This document shows, in pieces, positions 1 to 10,271 of a DNA stretch of 64,000 bases. The stretch's first letter is position 1. The number at the start of each line of letters is the position of its first letter. The notes beneath the pieces were generated by a model. The model ran no database searches. It saw only the letters and a list, made by a program, of their open reading frames with translations, and was not told the origin of the DNA. A program made the position numbers and the translations under genes. The DNA is from Clostridiaceae bacterium (lineage in GTDB: Bacteria > Bacillota > Clostridia > Oscillospirales > QAMX01): assembly GCA_034926225.1 (NCBI GenBank), contig JAYFRF010000006.1, positions 42,501 through 106,500 of the forward strand, given 5' to 3'.

Positions 1-2316
1 CATACGGAAAAGTCGCTTGCGACCTGCTTTGCCGAGGTGCAGAAGGGCAATCCGCCGGAGGAGCGTAAAATACAGCGCCTGTTCCGCGACGGGGACGTCA
101 CGCGGATGATCAAGCGCTGCAACGACTTCGGCGCGGGCGGAGTCTCGGTCGCGATCGGAGAGCTCGCGGACGGTCTTCGGATCAACCTCGACCTCGTGCC
201 GAAAAAGTACGAGGGTCTTGACGGCACGGAGCTTGCGATTTCGGAATCCCAGGAGCGTATGGCGGTGGTCGTCGCGCGGGAAAACACCGAAAAGTTTATG
301 GCGGCGGCCGCGCGGGAGAATCTCGAATCCACGGTCGTCGCGGAGGTCACGGCGGAGCCGCGGCTCGTGATGACGTGGCGCGGACGGACGCTCGTAGACA
401 TTTCGCGCGCGTTTTTAGCAACGAACGGCGCGTCACGAGAGGCAAACGCCGCGGTGAAGACGCAGGGAATTCCCGAACGCTTGACAGTTTCCGGCTCGGC
501 GGCAGAAAAGTTCCGTGCGCTGTTGTCGGATTTAAATGTCTGCTCGCAGCGGGGTCTCGGCGAGCGCTTCGACGGCTCGATCGGTGCGTCGTCGGTGCTG
601 GCACCCTACGGCGGCAAGACGGGGCTGTCCCCCGCTCCCCTGATGGTATCGAAGCTGCCGTTTTTAGGCGCGGACTGCACGACATTCTCCGGCATGTCAT
701 ACGGCGGCGATCCGCACGTTCTCGAGCAGAATCCCTATCTCGGCGCGGCCTATGCCGTGGTGACGTCGGTATCGAAGCTGATCGCGGCGGGTTTTGACTA
801 CCGCGACGCCTATCTGACGCTGCAGGAGTACTTCCCGAAGCTCGGCGACGACCCGGAGCGCTGGGGGCTGCCGTTTTCGGCACTCTTAGGGGCGTTCTCG
901 GCGCAAGTAGGGCTCGGCATCGCGGCGATCGGCGGCAAGGACAGCATGTCCGGCTCGTACCGCGACCTCGACGTACCGCCGACGCTCGTTTCGTTCGCAG
1001 TCGCGTCGTCGAATGCGGGTGGCTGCATTCTGCCGGACTTTCAGCGTGCGGGGCACGCGGTTTATCTGATCGCCGCGCCGCAGAACGCGGACGGCACGCC
1101 GGATTACGCGGGAACGCTCGCGGCGTGGGACACGCTGCTTTCTAACCGTGCGCATATCCTATCCGCGCGGGCGACAGAAGCCGGCGGTATCGCAGAAGCG
1201 GTGTTCAAGCTCGCCATCGGCAATAAGGTAGGCTTTGCGGCCGCCTCCGACCTGTTTGCGGCGGTCAGCCCCGGCAGCATCGTCGCGGAAGCCGACGCCG
1301 AAATTCCTGGTGCAGTTCTCCCGTGCGCGGTACTCCTCGGGCATACGACCTCCGAGGAAACGATCGTCGCGGACGGCGAAATGCTCTCGCTCGACGAGCT
1401 GACCGCGGTCTGGGAAGCACCGCTGGAGCGGGTATTCCCGACGCGCACGGCGGATGCGGGAGACGCACCCCTGATCACCTGTACGGCGCGGAATCTTGCA
1501 AAGCCCGCGATCCTAATAAACCGCCCGAAGGCGGTGATCCCGGTCTTCCCCGGCACAAACTGCGAGTACGACACGGCGAAAGCCGTGGAGCGCGCGGGCG
1601 GGGAGGCAAAGATCGTCGTCGTGCGCAATATGACGGCGGACGCCCTCGCGGAGTCGATGGAGGAAATGAAAAAAGCCCTCTCGGGCACCGAGATGCTGAT
1701 CTTCCCGGGTGGCTTTTCGGGCGGCGACGAGCCGGACGGCTCCGGCAAGTTCATCGCGGCGTACTTCCGCAACCCCGTCCTCGAGGACGCGGTGCACGCG
1801 CTCCTAGACCGCGACGGGCTGATCCTCGGCATCTGTAACGGCTTCCAGGCGCTCATCAAGCTTGGGCTTGTCCCGTTTGGCCGGATCCGTCCCATGGACA
1901 GGACCTGCCCGACGCTGACGTACAACAACATCGGGCGGCACGAGGCGCGGTATGTGACAACGCGCGTCGCGTCGGTGAAATCGCCGTGGCTTTCGTTGTG
2001 CGACGCAGGCGAGCTGCACGCGGTGCCGATTTCCCACGGTGAGGGGCGGTTTGTCGCAGATGCGGCGACGCTTCGCGCCCTTCGGGAAAACGGGCAGATC
2101 GCGTTCCAGTACGCGGACGCCGCGGGCGTGCCGACGATGGACATCGCCTGTAACCCCAACGGCTCGGCCTGGGCGATCGAGGGCATCACGAGCCCCGACG
2201 GGCGGATTCTAGGGAAGATGGCGCACACGGAGCGCGCGGGCGCGAATGTCGGCGTAAACATCGCGGGAAAGCGTTACCAGCCGATCTTCGAAGGCGGCGT
2301 GCGATATTTCCGATAG
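1..2316 (+). CDS. purL: Phosphoribosylformylglycinamidine synthase (fused PurL-PurQ), 5'-truncated by window edge
   Basis: Frame open from base 1; motifs DFGAGGVSVA, SESQERM, GGKDSMS, and glutaminase domain FPGTNC, GGFSGGD, GICNGFQ, SHGEG, NPNGS. Confidence 0.96.
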   Translation, partial: HTEKSLATCFAEVQKGNPPEERKIQRLFRDGDVTRMIKRCNDFGAGGVSVAIGELADGLRINLDLVPKKYEGLDGTELAISESQERMAVVVARENTEKFMAAAARENLESTVVAEVTAEPRLVMTWRGRTLVDISRAFLATNGASREANAAVKTQGIPERLTVSGSAAEKFRALLSDLNVCSQRGLGERFDGSIGASSVLAPYGGKTGLSPAPLMVSKLPFLGADCTTFSGMSYGGDPHVLEQNPYLGAAYAVVTSVSKLIAAGFDYRDAYLTLQEYFPKLGDDPERWGLPFSALLGAFSAQVGLGIAAIGGKDSMSGSYRDLDVPPTLVSFAVASSNAGGCILPDFQRAGHAVYLIAAPQNADGTPDYAGTLAAWDTLLSNRAHILSARATEAGGIAEAVFKLAIGNKVGFAAASDLFAAVSPGSIVAEADAEIPGAVLPCAVLLGHTTSEETIVADGEMLSLDELTAVWEAPLERVFPTRTADAGDAPLITCTARNLAKPAILINRPKAVIPVFPGTNCEYDTAKAVERAGGEAKIVVVRNMTADALAESMEEMKKALSGTEMLIFPGGFSGGDEPDGSGKFIAAYFRNPVLEDAVHALLDRDGLILGICNGFQALIKLGLVPFGRIRPMDRTCPTLTYNNIGRHEARYVTTRVASVKSPWLSLCDAGELHAVPISHGEGRFVADAATLRALRENGQIAFQYADAAGVPTMDIACNPNGSAWAIEGITSPDGRILGKMAHTERAGANVGVNIAGKRYQPIFEGGVRYFR

Positions 2317-2358
2317 GCCAAACGGTTTTAACATCACAAAACAGAAGGAGAACCGATT

Positions 2359-3219
2359 ATGAAAACCTGTATCAGCTCTTATTCCTACTCCCCGCTTCTT
2401 CGTTCCGGAAAGATGTCCTACTTCGACGTCATCGAAAAGACGAAGGAGCTGGGCTTTGATGCGATCGAGTTCTCGATCGGCGATGAACTGCCCGGCGGAC
2501 GCGAGACGGTCGCGAAGCTGCGGGACAAGTGTAAGGAAATGGACTTGCCGATCGCGAGCTACACGACGGGCGCAAACTTCTTTGTACCGGATCAGGCCAA
2601 GGAGATCGCGCGGCTCAAAGAGCATGTCGACCGCGCGGAGATCCTCGGCGCGCCGGTGATGCGTCACGATATCTGCGGTACGTTCTACGAGGGCTACACG
2701 GGCGTGCGCACGTTTGACGCGATTGTGCCGATCATCGCCCCGGCGATCCGCGAGGTCACGGAGTATGCCAAAGAAAAAGGCATCCGCACGATGAGCGAGA
2801 ACCACGGCTACGTTGCGCAGGACGCCGAGCGCTTAATCAAGGTCTTCACGGCCGTCGGCAGCACGAACTACGGCTGGCTGTGCGATGTCGGCAACTTCTG
2901 CTGCGCGGATGAGGATCCGGCGATCAGCGTCGGGAAGCTCGCCCCCTTATGCTTCCACGTGCATGTCAAGGACATGTTCCTGCGCTCCGGCATGCTCCCG
3001 AACCCCGGACGCGGCTGGGGCCGTACGCGCGCGGGCAACTATTTCCGCTGCACCATCTTCGGTCACGGCAACATCCCGACGTTCCAGTGCCTGCAAAACC
3101 TTAAGCGCAACGGCTACGACGGTTATGTCTCCCTCGAGTTCGAAGGCATCGAGGACACGCTCATGGCGATTGAGATCGCGCATGAGAACATGAAGAGCTA
3201 CATCGAGATCATCGGCTAA
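2359..3219 (+). CDS. Sugar phosphate isomerase/epimerase (xylose isomerase-like TIM barrel)
   Basis: GFDAIE, ENHG, DVGN, HVHVKD, GYDGYVSLEFE metal-binding motifs; RBS AAGGAG. Confidence 0.88.
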   Translation: MKTCISSYSYSPLLRSGKMSYFDVIEKTKELGFDAIEFSIGDELPGGRETVAKLRDKCKEMDLPIASYTTGANFFVPDQAKEIARLKEHVDRAEILGAPVMRHDICGTFYEGYTGVRTFDAIVPIIAPAIREVTEYAKEKGIRTMSENHGYVAQDAERLIKVFTAVGSTNYGWLCDVGNFCCADEDPAISVGKLAPLCFHVHVKDMFLRSGMLPNPGRGWGRTRAGNYFRCTIFGHGNIPTFQCLQNLKRNGYDGYVSLEFEGIEDTLMAIEIAHENMKSYIEIIG

Positions 3220-3233
3220 AATCGCATACCATT

Positions 3234-3278
3234 AAAATCCCCGCTGCCCACAAGAAAGCTTGGCAGCGGGGATTTTTT
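3234..3278. terminator. Bidirectional rho-independent terminator
   Basis: AAAATCCCCGCTGCC...GGCAGCGGGGATTTTTT between convergent genes. Confidence 0.85.
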
Positions 3279-3282
3279 GATT

Positions 3283-5103
3283 TTATTGAAATAGCGTGAG
3301 GAATCTGTCCAAGAGCGTCATCGGCGCTTCTTCGGCCGCGGGAGCGGCCGCTACCTCCTCCCGGACGATGGGGGCGGTTTTGAAGACGAATTGAACGGCG
3401 GCGGTTTCTGCGTTTTCGTCGGAGGTGAAGGACGGCGGGGCAAAATCGCTGTGGTCGTAGGCAGCGAGCGCGTCGTCTATCTGGGAGTTGATATCGCCGG
3501 ACATGGCGGACACCTCGGTATCGAGGGTCTGCATACCGTCTGACAGCGTTCCTGCGCCGTCGGCGAGTTCGGAAGTCCCGTCTGAAAGCTTCGAAATGCC
3601 GTCGTCGAAGGCGGTATAGTTCTTCTGGAGCGCGGAGACGCCGTCGAGGTAGGTGCCGAGAGCTTTATCGAATGCGGCGTAGTTTTCGTAGAGGGTTTGG
3701 AGCCCCGCGGCGAAGTCCGAAAGCCGGGTGAGCGAATCGAGGTCGCCGAGGGAGTCCTTGAGGGACTGCGAGGTGCCGTAAAGCTGATCCGCGATGGCGG
3801 CGAGGTTCTTCGAAACCGTCGGCAGGGTGGTCTGGACGGCGGCAAAGGCGGGGGACACCTGTGCGTACGTACCCTTGACGGCGGCGATGGCGGCGCTTTG
3901 CGCGGTATAGGCGCGCACGAGCGCCTGCACGTTCTCATCCGCGGAATCCGCGAGGGCGGTCACGTCGACGGTCGCGTCGGGAAGCGCGGCGATGGCCGCG
4001 TCAAGGGCGGTATAGCCTTGCGAGAAGCTGTCGTTTAACGTGGTAAGCCCTGTTTGCAGCTTCACGAGCGAGTCGCCGACTGTCCACAGTCCGGAAGGCA
4101 GCTCATGAAGCGCGGCAAGCCCCGACAGATCGGGTAAGCCCGCGGCGCCGCCGGCAAACTCGGTCAGAGCGGACAGCACCTGCGCGCTCGCGCCGCGAAG
4201 CTGGCCGCCGCCGCCGGCAATCTCGGCAAGCGCCGCTGCGACGGAGAGGGAGCCGGACTCCACCTCGTCCATACTGTCGGCAAGCGCCGCCGCGCCGTCC
4301 GCAACACCCCGCGCGCCGTCGGAGAGATCGGAAATGGCCGTCACGAACGCGCCGAAGTCACCTGTGAGGGCGCTTGTGTCAAGCCCGTCAAACGAAAAGG
4401 ACATCGGCACGGCGGCGAAGGTGATGCCGTCCATGGAAAAATCGTTTGCGTGGAAGGATACGGTATAATCAGCGACGGCATCGGGCAGGACGGTGAATGT
4501 GACGGTCTTATCGCTGCCGGCGTTCGCAAGGGTCGCGCCGTCGGCGGTGATGTCCGTGCAGGCGTCCGCGTCGAGGGTCAGCGAGATCTGCAGCATATAA
4601 TCCGCGCCGAAGCGGGAATCGTCGGTGGATACGGCGGTCTGAATACGGATGGCGATATCGCCGGATGCGCCCGCGAGGGTGTCTCCCGTCACATCCGCAC
4701 CGTCGAGGGTGTAGCCGATACGGATATCCCAGGGAAGGGTCGTACTCTCCATGTAACCCTGATAGTACAGGCGGTTTCCGGCGATGCTGCCGGTCACGAC
4801 GCCGTTTTCGACGGCGAGGGGCGCGGTATCGGTGAGGTTTTTGACAGTGGAGAAGCCGCCGTGATCGGTAAATGTACCGCCGCAGGACGCGGTAAGCGCG
4901 GTGACGGCGTAGACCTTCTCAGGCTTTCCGTCGTACGCGAGGTTTGCGTAGACGGTCTCCTCGCGGGCGGTGATGACGGCGGTACCGACAGACGCGGAAC
5001 CGGAGGCGCCGCTGTCGGCTTTATCGACGCCGAAGGCGGGTACGAGAACCAGAATCGCCGCGAGAAGGACCGGGACAAGGCGGCGGGTGAATTTTTTGAT
5101 CAT
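3283..5103 (-). CDS. Exported YhgE/Pip-like protein with x-x-x-L-x-x-G heptad repeats
   Basis: Signal peptide, EETVYANL and LYYQG motifs, repeated LxDG units; overlaps MMPL stop. Confidence 0.75.
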   Translation of the reverse strand: MIKKFTRRLVPVLLAAILVLVPAFGVDKADSGASGSASVGTAVITAREETVYANLAYDGKPEKVYAVTALTASCGGTFTDHGGFSTVKNLTDTAPLAVENGVVTGSIAGNRLYYQGYMESTTLPWDIRIGYTLDGADVTGDTLAGASGDIAIRIQTAVSTDDSRFGADYMLQISLTLDADACTDITADGATLANAGSDKTVTFTVLPDAVADYTVSFHANDFSMDGITFAAVPMSFSFDGLDTSALTGDFGAFVTAISDLSDGARGVADGAAALADSMDEVESGSLSVAAALAEIAGGGGQLRGASAQVLSALTEFAGGAAGLPDLSGLAALHELPSGLWTVGDSLVKLQTGLTTLNDSFSQGYTALDAAIAALPDATVDVTALADSADENVQALVRAYTAQSAAIAAVKGTYAQVSPAFAAVQTTLPTVSKNLAAIADQLYGTSQSLKDSLGDLDSLTRLSDFAAGLQTLYENYAAFDKALGTYLDGVSALQKNYTAFDDGISKLSDGTSELADGAGTLSDGMQTLDTEVSAMSGDINSQIDDALAAYDHSDFAPPSFTSDENAETAAVQFVFKTAPIVREEVAAAPAAEEAPMTLLDRFLTLFQ

Positions 5104-7151
5104 TTGGAAGCTCCTTTCGCGAACGTAGTATGGCGGATCAGACCGTCGAACAAGGTCAAAAGCCCCGGCAGGACGAGGAACACCATGGCCGCCGATAAGA
5201 CGGTACCGCGTCCGAGAAGCGCGCCGAGCTGGCTGACGACCTCGTTTGAGGAAACAGCGCGGATGATGAAGCCCGCCGACGCGAGGATCGCCGCCGACGT
5301 CAGGATGGACGGCAGCGTCTCCGCAAGCGCCCGGGTCGCAGCTTTTAGCTTTGGAAGCTCGTTCCGCGCCGCGCGGTAGTGATCGGTATAAAGAATTGCG
5401 TAGTCTACGGTCGCGCCGAGCTGGACGGTACTGATGATCAGGTAGCCGATGTAACAGAGGATGCTCCCGGAGAAATAAGTGACGGAGAGGTTCACCCAGA
5501 TCGACGCTTCGATCGTTAAAACGAGCAGCACGGGCAGCGAGACGGAGCGGAAGGTCAAGAGCAGCACGAGGGCGATGGCCGCGATGGCGATCCAGTTGAC
5601 GCGTACGGCGTCGGAGGTGACGACGTCACGCATATCGTATAGGTTCGCGCTTTCGCCAAAGGTATACGCGCCCTCGGGATAGACCTCGCGGACGCTGTCG
5701 CGGACGGCTTCGACGACGGAGAACGCGAGGTCACCATCGGCGGGGGTATCGGCGTAGAGGATGATGCGGGCATAATTGTCCGAGTAAAAATGCGAAAGCG
5801 CGTCGTCACTGACGAAATCGGGCGGAATCGCCGCACCGACGGTATGCGCATAGGACACGACTGAGGTAACGTGATCGATGTCGGCTAGCTTTGCGGAGAG
5901 GATCGCTTCCCGGGCGACGTCGCCGCGCGGCACGAGGACAACGGTCGCGGCGGAGCGTCCGAAAGCCTCGGTCACAGCGGCCTCATCCATACCGGCGACG
6001 GTCGCGGGCTCCAGCTCGCCCATGCCATAGGTGAAGGTATTGTTCATCTGGGCGAGGTACGCGGGGACGATCAGCAGAAGGACAAGCGCGAGCGCCGGAA
6101 TGCGGCATTTCATCAGAACTCGGGAAGCACCGTCAAAGCGCGGCAAAAAGGAGCGATGGCTTGTACGGTCTAAAAGCTTCGCGCAGGCAAGCGTCAGCGC
6201 GGGGAGAAAGACCATGACGGAGACGAGGCTGAATGTCACGCCCTTGGCGAGGTTGATGCCGAGATCCGCACCGATGCCGAAGCGCATGAAGACGAGCGCG
6301 AGAAAGCCGAAGATCGTCGTCAGCGCGCTTGCGGAGACGGCGGGGAAGGCGCGCTTCATGGCAAGCTTCATCGCCCGCTCGAGCGACGGGGTGCGTTCAC
6401 GCTCCTCGCGGAAGGCGGCAAGGAGGAAGATCGCATAATCGAGAGAAACCGCGAGCTGTAAAAGCGGCGCGACGGATGAGGTCATAAAGGAAATCTCGCC
6501 GAAGATGATATTGAGCCCCATGTTAATGACGATGGACACGCCGATGGACACTAAAAACAACAGCGGTTCCAGCCAGGAGCGGGTTGTGAGCGCAAGCAAC
6601 AGCAGGATCAAGGGGACGAGGAACGCGGCGGCCTTGAGCGTTTCGGCGAGGGCCAGCTCCTGCGTGACGGCGGTATGGACGGCGTCTCCTGAGATCGCGC
6701 CGGTGTCCCCGATGAGGTCGCGGATGGCGTCTACAGCGCTGCGTTCATGGCCTGCGGCGATGGCGACGGAGAGGCAGGCGCTGCCATCCTTATAATAGGT
6801 TTCGACGGTCGCGGCATCCGCCGTATCGAGCGGCACGCGCAGGTCGAGCACGTCGTCGAGCCAGAGAACCTCCTCCACGCCGTCGATGGTGGAGAGCCGT
6901 TCCTTGATCTCGAGCGCCTGTGTCACGGAGACGCCGCGCAGCAGTACACGGGCGTTGGGCAGCGCGCCGGGGAACTCCGCCTGCATCCGCTCGAAGCCTA
7001 CAGTGGACTCCACGTCGTCGGGGAGATAATCTGTGAGGGTGTAGTTGACGCGCACGCCCGTCCAGAGGACGCAGGAAAGCACCGTCAGCACGGCGAAGAT
7101 GAGAATCACGGCCTTTTTACGGCGCAGGATCGCGCCGAATAGTCTGTCCAA
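5100..7151 (-). CDS. MMPL/RND family transporter
   Basis: Two repeats of TM bundles with LAVSLDYAIF and LGATVDYAIL motifs; TTG start with GGAGG RBS. Confidence 0.9.
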   Translation of the reverse strand: MDRLFGAILRRKKAVILIFAVLTVLSCVLWTGVRVNYTLTDYLPDDVESTVGFERMQAEFPGALPNARVLLRGVSVTQALEIKERLSTIDGVEEVLWLDDVLDLRVPLDTADAATVETYYKDGSACLSVAIAAGHERSAVDAIRDLIGDTGAISGDAVHTAVTQELALAETLKAAAFLVPLILLLLALTTRSWLEPLLFLVSIGVSIVINMGLNIIFGEISFMTSSVAPLLQLAVSLDYAIFLLAAFREERERTPSLERAMKLAMKRAFPAVSASALTTIFGFLALVFMRFGIGADLGINLAKGVTFSLVSVMVFLPALTLACAKLLDRTSHRSFLPRFDGASRVLMKCRIPALALVLLLIVPAYLAQMNNTFTYGMGELEPATVAGMDEAAVTEAFGRSAATVVLVPRGDVAREAILSAKLADIDHVTSVVSYAHTVGAAIPPDFVSDDALSHFYSDNYARIILYADTPADGDLAFSVVEAVRDSVREVYPEGAYTFGESANLYDMRDVVTSDAVRVNWIAIAAIALVLLLTFRSVSLPVLLVLTIEASIWVNLSVTYFSGSILCYIGYLIISTVQLGATVDYAILYTDHYRAARNELPKLKAATRALAETLPSILTSAAILASAGFIIRAVSSNEVVSQLGALLGRGTVLSAAMVFLVLPGLLTLFDGLIRHTTFAKGASK

Positions 7152-7187
7152 AATCGGGGGAACCTCCTTTTATAAAACAAAGTGCGG

Positions 7188-7272
7188 TTGACAGGAACCT
7201 TACTTCTATAGTATAATGACACCGTGTCCGAAAATCAACACACAGTCTTAAAAAAGGTGTCCGATTCGGAAC
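7188..7272. promoter_or_regulatory. Overlapping divergent promoters with candidate TetR operator
   Basis: TTGACA 7188 and TATAAT 7212; palindrome GACACCGTGTC at 7218-7228 with GTGTC half-sites repeated downstream. Confidence 0.55.
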
Positions 7273-7342
7273 ATAATTTGCAGCAGTGTCTATGAACCGT
7301 CTTTGAGGATTGTAAATCTTTTGCAAACGGGAGGGGAGAACG

Positions 7343-7879
7343 GTGCTGGACGGGGAAAAAACAGATCGCCGCGTCCGCTTTACAAAGCTTTCGCTGCGGA
7401 CGGCGCTTCTTTCGATGCTGCGGGAGCGTCCGATTGAAAAGATCACGGTTTCCGCGCTGTGCGACCGCGCGGACGTGGGGCGCGGTACGTTTTATATGCA
7501 TTACCGCGACTGCTTTGACCTTTTAGAGCAGATCGAGGGGGAGCTTTACGAGCAGATTCGGGTTTTACTGTCCCGGCAACTCGTAACGTCTCCGGCGATG
7601 CGAGACACGCTGGTGCTGATCATTGACTGCATCGCCAAAAATGTGGATTTATGCGCGGTGATCTTCACGGAGCACGGCGATATGCGCTTTTTAAAGCGGG
7701 TGCTCGATCTCGCGTACGGGGAGTTCCCGGCCAAAACGGCGGACGCGCGGTATGAGCTGCTGTTCGCGGTGAACGGCGCGGTAGGGGTCATCCGGGAATG
7801 GGTGGCGGGAGGTCTGCGGGAAACTCCCGCGCGCATAGCCGACCTGATCTGGCGGCTGTCGCGTGGAGACCTGAGATAA
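7343..7879 (+). CDS. TetR/AcrR family transcriptional regulator
   Basis: DRRVRFTK...ITVSALCDRADVGRGTFYMHY HTH; divergent from MMPL operon. Confidence 0.92.
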   Translation: MLDGEKTDRRVRFTKLSLRTALLSMLRERPIEKITVSALCDRADVGRGTFYMHYRDCFDLLEQIEGELYEQIRVLLSRQLVTSPAMRDTLVLIIDCIAKNVDLCAVIFTEHGDMRFLKRVLDLAYGEFPAKTADARYELLFAVNGAVGVIREWVAGGLRETPARIADLIWRLSRGDLR

Positions 7880-7907
7880 TTTTCTAACGATTTACGGAGG
7901 GAAAACT

Positions 7908-8807
7908 ATGCTGCCGATATGGTTTATCGTCGCGGCGCCGATCATGTGGCTGATCGTGCTACCGGTCAATTTCATCATCGATTCCGTCGTACTTTGGCTT
8001 GCCTCAAAGGTTTTTTCTGTCGGTGATTTTAAAAGCTTCTATAAAAAGACCATCCTGAAGGTCTGGCTCGTCGGGTTTGCGGCACAGCTGATAGGCTCGC
8101 TGTTCCTGTTCATGTCGCAGGGGTATTTCGGCGAGTGGTGGTACGAGTACATCACGACACCGGTTGCCCTAAATCCGCTCGATAACCTCTATTCGCTCCT
8201 CTTCACTCTCCTAGGCGTGTGCGTATCGGGGGGCGCGGCATACTTTTTTAACCGGAAGTTCTCGTTTAAGAATCTCCCGCTGACGGATAAGGTGCTGCGC
8301 AGCGTAGGGCTGACGCTTGCCTTGATGACACTGCCGATGATGTACTTTTTGCCGTCGCGCGCGATCTACGACCCGGAAACGCCGGTGGTCAACTTCACGA
8401 ACCACATCGTCTGGAGCGTACAGTCGCTGTGCGAGGTAACACCGGTCGAACCGGTTGCGGCGGACGCGGTGACGCTGCGTACGGAGGACGGGTTTACGTA
8501 CGGCCACCTCTTTTCCGAGGCGTTAAACTTTGCGAAGACCGCGAGCGCAACGATCGAGCGGGCTCCGGAGTTTACGGTATCCTTCCGCAGCCCGGACTAC
8601 GAGATAGCACGCGACGTCACGGCGGAGCTGTGGTTCATGGATACGGGGCTTGCGCTGTTCCGCGTGGACGGGACGTTCTACCTTGCCGACAAGTACCAGT
8701 CCGCGCGGCTGCTGACCGTCCTCGACGGCACCTATGTCCCGCCGGTCTACGACGAGGAAACCGGGCTGCCGGAAGCCGCCCCGGCGCCGCAGACGACGAC
8801 GGCATGA
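7908..8807 (+). CDS. Hypothetical membrane protein (about 4 TM plus C-terminal soluble domain)
   Basis: GGAGG RBS; hydrophobic N-terminal half. Confidence 0.75.
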   Translation: MLPIWFIVAAPIMWLIVLPVNFIIDSVVLWLASKVFSVGDFKSFYKKTILKVWLVGFAAQLIGSLFLFMSQGYFGEWWYEYITTPVALNPLDNLYSLLFTLLGVCVSGGAAYFFNRKFSFKNLPLTDKVLRSVGLTLALMTLPMMYFLPSRAIYDPETPVVNFTNHIVWSVQSLCEVTPVEPVAADAVTLRTEDGFTYGHLFSEALNFAKTASATIERAPEFTVSFRSPDYEIARDVTAELWFMDTGLALFRVDGTFYLADKYQSARLLTVLDGTYVPPVYDEETGLPEAAPAPQTTTA

Positions 8808-9610
8808 CGCCCTACCTTGTCGAAACGCCGCGCATCCGACTGCGGCGGCTGCGGCCGTCGGACGAGGGCGTGTGCGGTACATTGCCGCTGAGCGAGCGTA
8901 TCGCTGCCTATCAAAAGCATCCGGTGCATGATTGGGCGCCATACACGCTCGCGGTCTGCCGAAGCGGGACGGACGACGCCATCGGCTATGTCGGTCTCTG
9001 CCCGTCGCGCACACCGGACGGTTTTTTTGCGGAAGGGACCATCGACCCGCGCCGCGGCACGACGGAGGACAGCGCCCAGGCGGCCGCGGTATTTGCGCGT
9101 TTCATGCCGCACCGATTCGGCATCAACGTTCTGTATGACGGGGAGAGGCTCTGTGACTGCGCCTTCCGTGAGACGCCGGGCGGGGATACGCTGTACGGTG
9201 ACCGGGTGACCCTTGTCTGTATGCGGCGGGACGCGCCGGACGTGGAGCGCGGATGGGTCGCGTCGATGCATTTCGACTTGTATGCGGGGGGCCTGCGCAC
9301 GGGGACGTGTTCGCTGCGCTTAGGGTATAACGAAACTCTTTTTTACGGCGGGCAGATCAGCTACACCGTGTTCCCGGCCTGTCGGGGTCATGGATACGCG
9401 GCGTCGGCGGTGAGGGCGATGTGCGCGTATGGGGCAGCGTGCGGGATGCCGCAGCTCGCGATCACCTGTGTGCCGGAGAACACGGCGTCGCGGAAAACGG
9501 CGGAGCACGCGGGCTTTACCGAGGAAGGCATCTACCCCATCCCACCGACGCTGGGACTGTACGCGGAAAACCGGACGCACGCGTGCCGGTATACGAAGCT
9601 GCTGCAATAA
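8804..9610 (+). CDS. GNAT family N-acetyltransferase (tandem RimJ-like domains, first degenerate)
   Basis: ATGA overlap with upstream stop; CRGHGYA acetyl-CoA motif, ENTASRK...GF. Confidence 0.8.
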   Translation: MTPYLVETPRIRLRRLRPSDEGVCGTLPLSERIAAYQKHPVHDWAPYTLAVCRSGTDDAIGYVGLCPSRTPDGFFAEGTIDPRRGTTEDSAQAAAVFARFMPHRFGINVLYDGERLCDCAFRETPGGDTLYGDRVTLVCMRRDAPDVERGWVASMHFDLYAGGLRTGTCSLRLGYNETLFYGGQISYTVFPACRGHGYAASAVRAMCAYGAACGMPQLAITCVPENTASRKTAEHAGFTEEGIYPIPPTLGLYAENRTHACRYTKLLQ

Positions 9611-9732
9611 AATGGAAGTTTTCACGAAACGGGAGAAATCACGGTAAAAATAAGAAAAAATACCCTTGACAGGGTTCATTATAAGTGTTATTATAATACG
9701 GTGTATGGTTAATACTATCCATATACTATTTA

Positions 9733-9812
9733 TAACCCTTTGCGCAGAGCGGGGGGAAACTCACTCCCGTCCCCGCCCCGGGCTTTGGGCATTTTACAAA
9801 ACGGAGGAACCC
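9733..9812 (+). promoter_or_regulatory. rpsO (S15) autoregulatory leader
   Basis: Structured GC-rich 5' UTR (AACCC...GGGGGAAACTCACTCCC) between promoter TTGACA 9666 and rpsO. Confidence 0.55.
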
Positions 9813-9816
9813 TATC

Positions 9817-10083
9817 ATGCTGTTGAAAGAACAGAAAACCGCGATTATCGAAGCCAATCGCACCCACGAGACCGACACCGGCTCTCCGGAAGTCCAGATC
9901 GCCATCCTGACCGAGCGCATCAATCATCTCAACGAGCATCTCGCCGTTTTCAAGAAGGATAAGCACTCCCGTACGGGCCTTCTGAAGATGGTCGGCCAGC
10001 GCCGTAACCTGTTGAATTACCTCCAGAAAAAGGATATCGAGCGTTACCGCGCCCTGATCGCGAAGCTCGGTCTGCGTAAGTAA
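9817..10083 (+). CDS. rpsO: 30S ribosomal protein S15
   Basis: [16 protein letters not shown]...[23 protein letters not shown]. Confidence 0.99.
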   Translation: MLLKEQKTAIIEANRTHETDTGSPEVQIAILTERINHLNEHLAVFKKDKHSRTGLLKMVGQRRNLLNYLQKKDIERYRALIAKLGLRK

Positions 10084-10181
10084 GTGGAAACGTGCGAAGG
10101 GCGGGAGCATCGTAAAGAATGCCTCCTTCCCTTCGCTTTTCACGTTGCCAGGGGACACCCCAGGCAACAGCCGCCGCACCG

Positions 10182-10240
10182 GTTTAGTATTTGAAAGAGC
10201 GCTTTTTTCGGCAAAAAGAGTGCCGTTCCAAGTGCTAAAC
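10182..10240 (+). promoter_or_regulatory. Long pnp leader hairpin (probable RNase III processing stem)
   Basis: GTTTAGTATTTG...CAAGTGCTAAAC imperfect stem with G-U pairs just upstream of the pnp RBS. Confidence 0.55.
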
Positions 10241-10271
10241 GTGCGGCGAGTCACAAATAAGGAGCAAAATT

